Origin: Aerococcus urinaehominis
GTDB lineage: Bacteria > Bacillota > Bacilli > Lactobacillales > Aerococcaceae
Reading direction: 5' to 3'
Assembly (NCBI RefSeq): GCF_001543245.1
Contig: NZ_CP014163.1
Location: 950,387 to 974,386, forward strand
Length of the DNA stretch: 24,000 nucleotides
In this document: positions 9,789 through 17,315 of the stretch, piece after piece
Position numbering within the stretch: the stretch's first letter is position 1
How the letters are laid out: every line of letters starts with the position of its first letter
Made by a program: the position numbers and the translations under genes
The notes under the pieces: model-generated
What the model was told of the DNA's origin: nothing
Database searches by the model: none
Seen by the model: only the letters and a program-made list of their open reading frames with translations

Positions 9789-11949
9789 CTGAATCACCTC
9801 CTGTCTGGTCTTGGCCATACATGGCCTGATAAAGTTCAGACTGCTGTAATAGAGTTTGCTGGTCACCGTCACCAACAATCCGTCCCTGGTCTAATAAAAT
9901 CACCCGGTCAAATTGGGCAACCAAGGGTAGATGATGGGCAATAAAAATAATGGTCTTGTCTAAAGAAAGTAAGTAACTAACCACCTGCTTTTCTAGGATG
10001 GGATCCATGGCACTAGTCGCCTCATCTAAGATATAAATATCTGCATCCCGTAACAAGGCACGAGCTAGGACAATCCTTTGTTTTTGCCCACCTGATAAGT
10101 TTTGACCCCCTTCTTCGAGCGGTTGGTCTAGCCCCAGCGAATGACTCAGGGCAAAATCTCTTAAGTCCAACTGATTCATGACATATTCAATGCGGCCGAA
10201 GCTAATCTGGTCCTCTTGGTCCAAGACCAAGTTATTATACAAACTCCCCTTTATAATAAAATTATCCTGGGGCAGGTAATAAATTCGCTCGCGAAGCGAT
10301 TGAATTTTCAAATCATTAATAGCAAGGTCCTCAAAACAGATTTGACCAGTTTGGGGACGATGGAGGGCAACTAGGAGTTTGGCCAGGCTAGACTTACCAG
10401 ACCCGCTAGGCCCTACCAAGGCTACTTTTTGCCCATAAGGGATGGTTAAATTAATATCTTCTAAGGTAATTTGATTAATATTATAGGCGAAGGACAGTTG
10501 GCAGATACTGATCTCCTTCTTCAAGTTATTCGTATAAATCCCATACTGGTTGCTTGCATACTCACTGTCAATTTCCAGGACCTCATTTAAACGCTGGTTG
10601 GCAACACCAGCTTCCTGGAGACTAGCTTGAAGCTTGAAAATATTTTGCAAGGGACCAGTAAAATAAACAACTAGGGCATTGTAAGTGATTAATTGCCCCA
10701 AAGTCAGCTGGCCTTGCATCACCAGATAAGCGCCATACCACAAGGTCAGGCTAGTTGTTAACAAACCAACCAATTCTTTGATACTTTCTTGCTTAATCTC
10801 TAAAACAGCTGTAATGAGCGCATCCCGCATGGTAACTAAAAACTGAAATCTTACTGCCTGCTTAGCAGCAGTCGTATAGTTATTGGTTTTTAGGCTCTCG
10901 ATTCCTTGTAAGTATTCAATAATCTTAGCGTTCAATTGACTTTGACTGGACATTTCTTCTCTGTTGGCCTGATCGAGTGGCTTAACAAATCGGTAGATGG
11001 CCAAGAAATAAAAAGGCAAAGAGAGTAAAGTTAATAAAAATAAAAAGCCATTTTGCCAGGCTAGTGTTAACCCAACAATAACCGCCATCCCAACATCTAA
11101 AACCAGGGTGATAGATGCTGAGCCTAGAGCATTGACAATTTTATTGGCATCTAAGAAGCGAGAGATAATGTCACCGGCCTGGCGGTTAGTAAAAAAATCT
11201 AAGGGTAGGTCTAAAACATGGTTAAAATAATCTAACATAATTGTTTGGCTCATCTCTTGACCCAAAATTACCAATAATTTGCTCCGAATGTATTTAAAAA
11301 TGACCATGGCCAAGTAGGCAGCTAATAAACCTAGAGAAAAAACATTTAGCCAGTGATAGTTGTTCCGAGGAATTAATTGGTCAATCAGTACTTGAAAATA
11401 AAAAGAAGACCCAATGCTAATAGCGATGACCACTATTGAAGCCAAAATAATTTTAGCCAGCAGGATTTTATTATCCATAATCAGTGAGAAAAACTGTGAT
11501 AGCCCTTTACTTTTATGAACTTGGATTTGATAATTTTCTCCTGGCGTCGGAATCAAGAGGACACCCGTCCAAATACTTGCAAAGTCAGCCAAGCTCATCT
11601 GTATTTTAGCTTCAGCCGGATCAGCAATTAACAGTTGGTCACCCTCTAGACCATAGACAACTAGGTAATGGAGTTGGTCACCTTCTTTAATGACATGGGC
11701 GATGGCCGGGAAGGACATGTCCGGATCTTGCCAAACAGTATTATCAGCCTCAACTGCCAAACAATCAAAGCCATAGCCCTCTAAGGCTATTTTCAGACCA
11801 TAGGCAGAAGTCCCCTGCTTATCTGTACCTGATTCTCGTCTTAACCGGTGTAAGGGCACCTGGCTGCCGTAATGGGCTAGGACCATGGCCAAACAGGCAA
11901 CACCACAATCACTCTGGTCCTGTTGGGCAATAAATTTAAATTTAGCCAT
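9781..11949 (-). CDS. Peptidase C39-containing bacteriocin ABC transporter (ComA/LagD type)
   Basis: N-terminal QQDQSDCGVACLAMVLAHYG (catalytic Cys) and HYLVVYG...DPA (His/Asp); TM domain; Walker A GPSGSGKSS; LSGGQKQRIVLARALLRDADIYILDEATSAMD. Confidence 0.95.
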   Translation of the reverse strand: MAKFKFIAQQDQSDCGVACLAMVLAHYGSQVPLHRLRRESGTDKQGTSAYGLKIALEGYGFDCLAVEADNTVWQDPDMSFPAIAHVIKEGDQLHYLVVYGLEGDQLLIADPAEAKIQMSLADFASIWTGVLLIPTPGENYQIQVHKSKGLSQFFSLIMDNKILLAKIILASIVVIAISIGSSFYFQVLIDQLIPRNNYHWLNVFSLGLLAAYLAMVIFKYIRSKLLVILGQEMSQTIMLDYFNHVLDLPLDFFTNRQAGDIISRFLDANKIVNALGSASITLVLDVGMAVIVGLTLAWQNGFLFLLTLLSLPFYFLAIYRFVKPLDQANREEMSSQSQLNAKIIEYLQGIESLKTNNYTTAAKQAVRFQFLVTMRDALITAVLEIKQESIKELVGLLTTSLTLWYGAYLVMQGQLTLGQLITYNALVVYFTGPLQNIFKLQASLQEAGVANQRLNEVLEIDSEYASNQYGIYTNNLKKEISICQLSFAYNINQITLEDINLTIPYGQKVALVGPSGSGKSSLAKLLVALHRPQTGQICFEDLAINDLKIQSLRERIYYLPQDNFIIKGSLYNNLVLDQEDQISFGRIEYVMNQLDLRDFALSHSLGLDQPLEEGGQNLSGGQKQRIVLARALLRDADIYILDEATSAMDPILEKQVVSYLLSLDKTIIFIAHHLPLVAQFDRVILLDQGRIVGDGDQQTLLQQSELYQAMYGQDQTGGDSDE

Positions 11950-12003
11950 CTATAGCTCCCCCAAATTTTAAATCAGTTTTAGCTTATTCTATCTATTTAA
12001 AAA

Positions 12004-12032
12004 CAAAACTGTGATAATCCTTCCTAAACTGC
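12004..12032 (-). promoter_or_regulatory. Candidate LytTR-type direct repeat upstream of exporter: GCAGTTTAG-N11-ACAGTTTTG (minus strand)
   Basis: Two 9-mers offset by 20 nt resembling LytTR-family boxes, with TAGAAT 12 nt downstream. Confidence 0.4.
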
Positions 12033-12143
12033 TATTAATTTTTCATGAATCGAACAGCATAGTATATTTAACTAACTTATTCACAGTTTAAGAAGAAAAA
12101 AAGTAATTTAATGAAGGTTTTTTCTAAGAACTTAAAATCTTGT

Positions 12144-12167
12144 TATACTAAAGATGTAATCGATTAC
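12144..12167 (+). promoter_or_regulatory. Candidate regulated promoter/operator: -10 TATACT (12144-12149), 6 nt, palindrome GTAATCGATTAC (12156-12167)
   Basis: Identical 12-bp palindrome at the same offset from the -10 as at 8005-8028. Confidence 0.6.
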
Positions 12168-12235
12168 TAAACGAACCTTGGCAACCAATGGAAGTTTTGT
12201 TAGTTAGCTAAGCCTAGTGAAAGGAGGTCGTCATA

Positions 12236-12454
12236 ATGAATTTTACAAAATTAGAAGATCAATCACTAAAATCAATTCGAGCCGGCCATAATAAGTGGCA
12301 GCAATTAGGAGAGGTGACTAAAGGAATGGTTGAGGTTGGTGCTGGTGGTGCAGCTTTAGGTAGTGTAGTCTGTGGACCTGGTTGTGCCGTTCTAGGTGGT
12401 TTAGCAGGTGTCGCTGTAGGTGGCGCCACAGGTGCCTTAGATGCCCAAAATTAA
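12236..12454 (+). CDS. Double-glycine-type (AG) leader bacteriocin-like peptide, 72 aa
   Basis: MNFTKLEDQSLKSIRAG | HNKWQQLGEVTKGMVEVGAGGAALGSVVCGPGCAVLGGLAGVAVGGATGALDAQN; L-12, L-7, I-4, A-2 G-1; GxxxG motifs; RBS AAAGGAGG. Confidence 0.8.
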   Translation: MNFTKLEDQSLKSIRAGHNKWQQLGEVTKGMVEVGAGGAALGSVVCGPGCAVLGGLAGVAVGGATGALDAQN

Positions 12455-12484
12455 AAAATTAAATTTTAAAAGGAGGTTGGCCCT

Positions 12485-12844
12485 ATGACAAAAGCAGCAA
12501 AATATATGCGTATCTATGTCTGGATTAGATTGTTGATCAACCTGCTAGGCATAACGAGCTTTGCTTGGGATATCCTTCTAGTAGCTGCTGTCCACTTATT
12601 TACCAGCTACAAAGATTTCCACAAAATTTTTCAAGCAAACAAAAACATGACCTATTTCTTCAGCCAAGCAATCTGGCGTGGCTATGTTGATTTAACTGGA
12701 GTAGCTATGCTTATCAGATTATTACAATCAGGTCAACTGTCCTGGCAAGCCAGTGATATTATTTATAACTTTGGTGGTATTATTTTGTTAAGTTTAATTT
12801 GTACTGGAATTACTTATATAGCTGTTAGAAGGGGAGATATCTAA
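12485..12844 (+). CDS. 119-aa membrane protein, putative immunity/accessory, paralogue of 8114-8473
   Basis: MTKAAKYMRIYVWIRLLINLLGITSFAWDILLVAAVHLFTSY...; strong similarity to the first copy. Confidence 0.75.
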   Translation: MTKAAKYMRIYVWIRLLINLLGITSFAWDILLVAAVHLFTSYKDFHKIFQANKNMTYFFSQAIWRGYVDLTGVAMLIRLLQSGQLSWQASDIIYNFGGIILLSLICTGITYIAVRRGDI

Positions 12845-13038
12845 TGAAAATTTTACATGAAAAAACTATTAAAGCAGAAAGACTACTAAAAATAAAAGGC
12901 GGTGGTAAGCGCACTGATGTGGCATCTAATATGCTGTCGTGGGCTGCAGCTGGCTACCGCATTTGTCCCGCCTATAAACCGGTCTGTGCCGTAGTTGGAG
13001 GAGCAGCCGGTGCAGCTTATGGCGCCTGGGGTAATTAA
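12844..13038 (+). CDS. GG-leader class II bacteriocin-like peptide, 64 aa, paralogue of 8473-8670
   Basis: MKILHEKTIKAERLLKIKGG | GKRTDVASNMLSWAAAGYRICPAYKPVCAVVGGAAGAAYGAWGN; TAATG coupling. Confidence 0.82.
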   Translation: MKILHEKTIKAERLLKIKGGGKRTDVASNMLSWAAAGYRICPAYKPVCAVVGGAAGAAYGAWGN

Positions 13039-13058
13039 TAATAAGTAAACAACATAAA

Positions 13059-13094
13059 AAAACTTCGCTGAGCAACTCGCTAGCGAAGTTTTTT
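13059..13094. terminator. Terminator shared by convergent operons
   Basis: AAAACTTCGCT...AGCGAAGTTTTTT between the plus-strand peptide operon and minus-strand regulator stop. Confidence 0.8.
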
Positions 13095-13848
13095 ATGTCT
13101 TATGTTTAGCTAATACAAATTTTTCTAACGCCACTTTCTTGCTGGCTGAGAAGGGTAATTGGTCACCATTATCAAGCGTGAGCAATCGCTTGTCACCATC
13201 AACCAAACGAATTTTATCGGGATTGATTAGGGTGCTACGACTAATACCAAATAAGTCTTGGGGATATTCCCTTTGGTAGGCTTTAATTTTGCCATAGAAC
13301 TGATAATGCCCGGTCTCTGTCACCAGTTCCAAACGGTGGGGCAGCGATGAGATCTGGATATAAATCACCTCATCAATTAAAAATCGATAGACTTTGTTGC
13401 CTATTTTAAAAGAAATCATAGGATCCTCTTGATTTGAAACGCTATTTTCTTGGTCCGTGATCAAATTTAAACACTGGAAAATTTCTTGACGCATCACCTC
13501 TTTATCACCCTTTTCAACTAGGGCAAAGGGTTCTACCTTGCGCTTCAAGACCATAGGAGCATATTTAGTATGGCTGGTAATAAAAATAATTTTACCAAAG
13601 GGATCTATCTGGCGAATCGCTGTTGCTAAATCAATGCCATTGGTGTCAAGGTTGCCTAATTCAATATCTAGAAAATAAACACCCAGTCTCACTTGATCTG
13701 CCTGAATCTGATTAAATAAGTCAGCTGGATCTGGACTGAAGCCCCCCATTTTATAAGCATGGTTATGAAAAAGGACATAATCTTTAATGATATCAGTAAT
13801 ATCTAGTAGCTGGATAGAATTATCGTCACAAATATAGATTGAGTGCAT
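13093..13848 (-). CDS. LytTR-family response regulator (ComE/AgrA/PlnC type)
   Basis: N-terminal receiver YICDDNS...VYFLDIELG...NGIDLA; C-terminal LytTR domain with SSLPHRLELVTETGHYQFYGKI...FGISRSTLINPDKI. Confidence 0.9.
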   Translation of the reverse strand: MHSIYICDDNSIQLLDITDIIKDYVLFHNHAYKMGGFSPDPADLFNQIQADQVRLGVYFLDIELGNLDTNGIDLATAIRQIDPFGKIIFITSHTKYAPMVLKRKVEPFALVEKGDKEVMRQEIFQCLNLITDQENSVSNQEDPMISFKIGNKVYRFLIDEVIYIQISSLPHRLELVTETGHYQFYGKIKAYQREYPQDLFGISRSTLINPDKIRLVDGDKRLLTLDNGDQLPFSASKKVALEKFVLAKHKT

Positions 13849-13857
13849 AAAAACCTC

Positions 13858-15120
13858 CTAAGGGGCTGTGATAATCAATTGAACAGAAAAAGTGTTAGCT
13901 TGATTTTCAAGATGTATAAAAAGATTAGGATATTTCTTGGCGATACGCCGCAAATTAGACAAACCCAAACCCGTATGATTGGCTTTACTAGAAAAGCCCT
14001 TAATTTGAATTTTTTCTAAATCAATCGCTTGATTTAAAGAGTTTTCAATATAAATTTCAATTTGATTGCCTTCTAAATAAAACAAGATATTGATTTGACG
14101 AGCCTGGTTCTGATCAGCTACCGCCTCAAGCGCATTGTCTAATAAAATTCCTAGAATACGAATCAGGTCATAGTCAGCAAGATAAAAATCCTGTATATTA
14201 TGCGGACATTCAAAATAAACCAAGACTCCCTTGTCTGCAATCAAATAGAATTTTTCTAGTAGCAGGGCTTTTACATAAGGATTTTTTACCTTAGTAAGAT
14301 CTAAAATTTTATCATTTTTGATATCTAACTCTCTTTTTGAGTAGCTATCCAAGCCTGCTACAAATTCTAATAAATCATCTATACGATTATCATTCAAAAG
14401 AGATTTAACAGTAGTCAATAGATTCTTATAATCATGCCTAAAGGCCCTTATTTTATCTTGGCTTGCTTCTAGTTGGTCTACATATTTAGCCATATTATCT
14501 AGTCGAGCCTCCATTAACTTATGCTCGTATTCTCTCCTGTTATTTTGCAAGATAACAAATACAAACACTGCCACAACTATAATCTGCAAAACAAAAAAAT
14601 AGAAAGACTCCTGTACCCGATTTTGAGAACCTGCACTCGTAGGAAGTATAATATTATTGTAGAACCCAAGTATGTTCAGCAAAGCGAATATACTATAATT
14701 AACCAGAGGAAGTAGCGGATTTTTAAAATATGGCGAATTGATGTATCGCTTTGTCACAACTAAAGTCAAAATACACACTAGCAAACTAGGGATTAATCGC
14801 TTCAAGTAGTCAAAAAATATTATTTGCGAAACATCCTCTATTGCTTGACTCATCAAATAATTTCCTGCCACATAATCAAAGCATTCCAAAATAAATTGTG
14901 GCATTAGTGTAGCAAAAATGATCTGTGATGACTCCCTTTTTTTGAATTATATAAAAAGAAAAGGAATATGGCATAGAGAATATCGATTAAATTTACGGTA
15001 TTAAAAGGCAATAAATTGAGTAGTGAATTAAGAAAAATAAAAGGATATATGCTTACTAGGCCAATTCCAATTTTTCTTAATTTAAAATCATCTAACAGGT
15101 AAGCTGTTCCCAAACATCTA
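13858..15120 (-). pseudogene. Quorum-sensing histidine kinase (ComD/AgrC type, HPK10-like), main fragment; frameshifted at the T7/A7 tract 14937-14943 and truncated by the IS
   Basis: FRHDYKNLL (H box), LLDNALEAV (N box), HTGLGLSNLRRIAKKY (G box). The 348-aa ORF plus the 69-aa ORF join by a -1 shift: ...FLFFLYNSKK-RESSQIIFATLMPQFILECFDY... Confidence 0.85.
15113..15120. repeat. Target site duplication, left copy AACATCTA
   Basis: Identical 8-mer at 16446-16453, directly abutting IS ends. Confidence 0.85.
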
Positions 15121-16445
15121 GATTAAGTCCATATAATTGTGTAAAAAGAAAAACCATAATAATCTTTTTTGGTTACAATGTAATTGGCTAAAACACATTG
15201 AAAGGAAGATTATTATGGCTCAACTAAATATTACCCTAAACTTAGAAGAAATTACAGAGGCAGTTCTAAACAGTGATATGGATCAGATGATGAAGTCCCT
15301 AACTGTAACCATCTTTAATGCCTATATGCAAGCAGAGCGTGAGGAATTTATTAATGCTAAGCGCTATGAGCGCACAGATGACCGGAAAGATTATCGTAAT
15401 GGCTCCTATAAAAGAAACTTTAAAACAAAGGTAGGGACTGTTGAACTGGATGTCCCTCGGACACGATCAGGAGAATTTGATACCAAGCTATTCGATAAAT
15501 ATCAACGTATGGACAAGGCCTTTGTGGCTGTTTTAACCGAAATGTATATTAATGGGGTCTCAACACGCCGTATTAAGAAGGTTGTTGAAACACTCTGTGG
15601 CGAAGGTGTTTCTAAATCATTTGTCTCTTCAGTAAATAAAAACTTGGACCCTGCTGTTTTCGAATTTAAAGGGCGTTCCCTAACACATACGAATTTTCGA
15701 TATGTTTATGTCGATGCCATGTATATTAAAGTTCGCGAAAACCATCGTTCTGTCTCTAAAGGTGTTTATATTGCTCAGGGTATTAACGATGATAATCGTC
15801 GCGAAATTATCGGCTTTATGATTGCTGATAATGAATCAGAAGAAAACTGGAAGAACTTCTTCCTTGATTTAAAGGCCAGAGGCCTAACTAAACCAACATT
15901 AATTATATCTGACGCCCACAAGGGACTAAAATCAGCGATTAGTAATCAATTTTTAGGCACTACCTGGCAACGGTGTACGGTTCATTTTCTACGTAATATT
16001 TTAGCTCATTTTCCAAAAAAGGATTGCAGTCATGAGAGAAGTCTTCTAAAGAGAATATTTAATGCTGATAGTCAACAAAGAGCGCGAGAGTTAAAATTTG
16101 AATTTGTAGAATACGTTAGTGGCAATGAGAAATATGACAAAGCTGTTAATACGCTAGAGGAAGGCTTCGAAGATGCTATCCCATACTTATTAGAACCCAC
16201 ACCTTATCGCGTTTCACTGAAAACAACTAACAGTCTAGAAAGGCTAAATCGAGAAATTAGAAGAAGAGAGAAAGTTGTCGGCCTCTTTCCTAATATAGAG
16301 GCTGCGGAGCGACTTATAGGAAGTGTATTGCTTGATTTGCATGAATATTGGGAGACATGTCCTCATAAATTCTTTAATAACATAGTCTAAATATTTATAC
16401 CCACCAATTACATTCTATAATTTACACAAGATTGTGGACTTGACA
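15121..16445 (+). mobile_element. IS256-family insertion sequence, about 1325 bp
   Basis: Ends GATTAAGTCCATATAATTGTGTAAA and (revcomp) TGTCAAGTCCACAATCTTGTGTAAA; 8-bp TSD; transposase inside. Confidence 0.9.
15215..16390 (+). CDS. IS256-family (mutator-type) transposase, 391 aa; start 15215 (MAQLNITLNLEEI)
   Basis: ERTDDRKDYRNGSYKRNFKTKVGTVELDVPR, YVYVDAMYIKVRE, RCTVHFLRNILAHFPKK, TTNSLERLNREIRRREKVVGLFPN. Confidence 0.95.
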   Translation: MAQLNITLNLEEITEAVLNSDMDQMMKSLTVTIFNAYMQAEREEFINAKRYERTDDRKDYRNGSYKRNFKTKVGTVELDVPRTRSGEFDTKLFDKYQRMDKAFVAVLTEMYINGVSTRRIKKVVETLCGEGVSKSFVSSVNKNLDPAVFEFKGRSLTHTNFRYVYVDAMYIKVRENHRSVSKGVYIAQGINDDNRREIIGFMIADNESEENWKNFFLDLKARGLTKPTLIISDAHKGLKSAISNQFLGTTWQRCTVHFLRNILAHFPKKDCSHERSLLKRIFNADSQQRARELKFEFVEYVSGNEKYDKAVNTLEEGFEDAIPYLLEPTPYRVSLKTTNSLERLNREIRRREKVVGLFPNIEAAERLIGSVLLDLHEYWETCPHKFFNNIV

Positions 16446-16453
16446 AACATCTA
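16446..16453. repeat. Target site duplication, right copy AACATCTA
   Basis: Matches 15113-15120. Confidence 0.85.
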
Positions 16454-16500
16454 AAAGCAAAAACGGCTACTATTCTTAATAAAAAGGCCCAAAGTGTCAT
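16446..16500 (-). pseudogene. Detached N-terminus of the histidine kinase gene
   Basis: ATG at 16500: MTLWAFLLRIVAVFAFRC, in frame with LGTAYLLDDFKLRK... after excising IS plus one TSD. An in-frame ATG at 16527 is an alternative start. Confidence 0.8.
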
Positions 16501-16511
16501 ATCTATACTAC

Positions 16512-16640
16512 TTATTTGATACGGCATTGTCTTAATAGATTAAAAATCAGCGCACAATTTTTTTCTTTAGAATTAGCCTGGTTATAGTTGAAAACGCCAC
16601 CTTTAATTAATTTAAGTTGATTAATTGCTATTTTTTTCAA
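16512..16640 (-). CDS. GG-leader induction peptide (pheromone) precursor, 42 aa, TTG start; absent from the supplied ORF track
   Basis: MKKIAINQLKLIKGG | VFNYNQANSKEKNCALIFNLLRQCRIK; I-12, L-7, I-4, GG; RBS AAAGGAG 8 nt upstream; ends 11 nt before the kinase ATG. Confidence 0.72.
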   Translation of the reverse strand: MKKIAINQLKLIKGGVFNYNQANSKEKNCALIFNLLRQCRIK

Positions 16641-16884
16641 AATAAACACTCCTTTAATATTTAAAATTCTGCACTAAAAATTCATTTCAATGGCACGATA
16701 GTATATAATACTCACTTCTTACTAGATATATATTAATTGTCAAAAAAATATTTAGCTACTCAATCATCTTATCAGTAAATGAGTACTACTTTATAGCCCC
16801 CCCCTCACAAACCATTCAAGAGATAAATTCAAGAACTAAATACTTGCATTCAGGAAACATTCTCCCTTCTCTCAATATAGTTGT

Positions 16885-16908
16885 TATAATAATGTTGTAA
16901 GCAGTTAC
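16885..16908 (+). promoter_or_regulatory. Candidate regulated promoter/operator: -10 TATAAT (16885-16890), 6 nt, GTAAGCAGTTAC within TTGTAA-GCAG-TTACAA (16895-16910)
   Basis: Same -10/N6/GTAA-N4-TTAC layout as the other two bacteriocin operons. Confidence 0.6.
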
Positions 16909-16933
16909 AAAGTTTTTTGAAAGGAGCTTTCCG

Positions 16934-17106
16934 ATGCAAAATGATAAGTCATTACCTGATGAGTGGTTAAAAAAGTCCGTGGTGGTTCCAATGATTACAT
17001 CTGGACCCAAATAGGTCGGCATGCTGGTAATTTTATGAATTGTATGGACAAGCCTGTTAGCACCGACCCCTTCGTTTCTGCCGGTTACTGTATTGGTCCA
17101 AAATGA
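16934..17106 (+). CDS. GG-leader bacteriocin-like peptide, 57 aa if a -1 frameshift occurs at A6 (16969-16974); otherwise a frameshifted gene
   Basis: Frame 0 MQNDKSLPDEWLKK joins at TTA_AAA_AAG to VRGG | SNDYIWTQIGRHAGNFMNCMDKPVSTDPFVSAGYCIGPK; leader then fits L-12, L-7, V-4, GG; RBS AAGGAG. Confidence 0.68.
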
Positions 17107-17130
17107 GTGATTTAAACTAGGAGGATTATC

Positions 17131-17289
17131 ATGAAAAAATATCATACCTTGAAAAAATCAGAATTGATGCAAATCAAAGCTGGAGGTGCTGCTTTGAATA
17201 TTATCTCAACCATTGGTAGTTTTCTTATAGCTGACGCTTGGAGACATAGCGATCAAATTAGGGAGGGCTACCAACAAACGCGCCACTAG
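17131..17289 (+). CDS. Double-glycine-type leader bacteriocin-like peptide, 52 aa; absent from ORF track
   Basis: MKKYHTLKKSELMQIKAG | GAALNIISTIGSFLIADAWRHSDQIREGYQQTRH; L-12, E-8, L-7, I-4, A-2 G-1; RBS AGGAGG. Confidence 0.8.
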   Translation: MKKYHTLKKSELMQIKAGGAALNIISTIGSFLIADAWRHSDQIREGYQQTRH

Positions 17290-17315
17290 TAACATATAAA
17301 TGAAGGATGATTACT

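Noticed and set aside
9789-9878. N-terminal extension of the 88-aa ORF
   Set aside because: Lies inside the exporter gene; the strong RBS and leader begin at 9788.
14904-15113. 69-aa ORF as an independent small membrane protein
   Set aside because: Better explained as the N-terminal kinase segment between the IS insertion and the A7 frameshift; its TTG start is created by truncation at the TSD.
15111-15120. 10-bp direct repeat CAAACATCTA flanking the IS as a 10-bp TSD
   Set aside because: The extra CA on the right belongs to the IS end (16444-16445); with symmetric terminal repeats the TSD is 8 bp, as expected for IS256-family elements.
16962-17106. Alternative GTG start in the -1 frame (MVKKVRGG...) avoiding a frameshift
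   Set aside because: Would give only an 8-residue leader without the -12/-7 positions, whereas frame 0 from the RBS-linked ATG supplies them exactly.
16816-17145. 109-aa minus-strand ORF in the track
   Set aside because: Antisense to the peptide genes at 16934 and 17131, which have RBSs and leader motifs; no coding resemblance.
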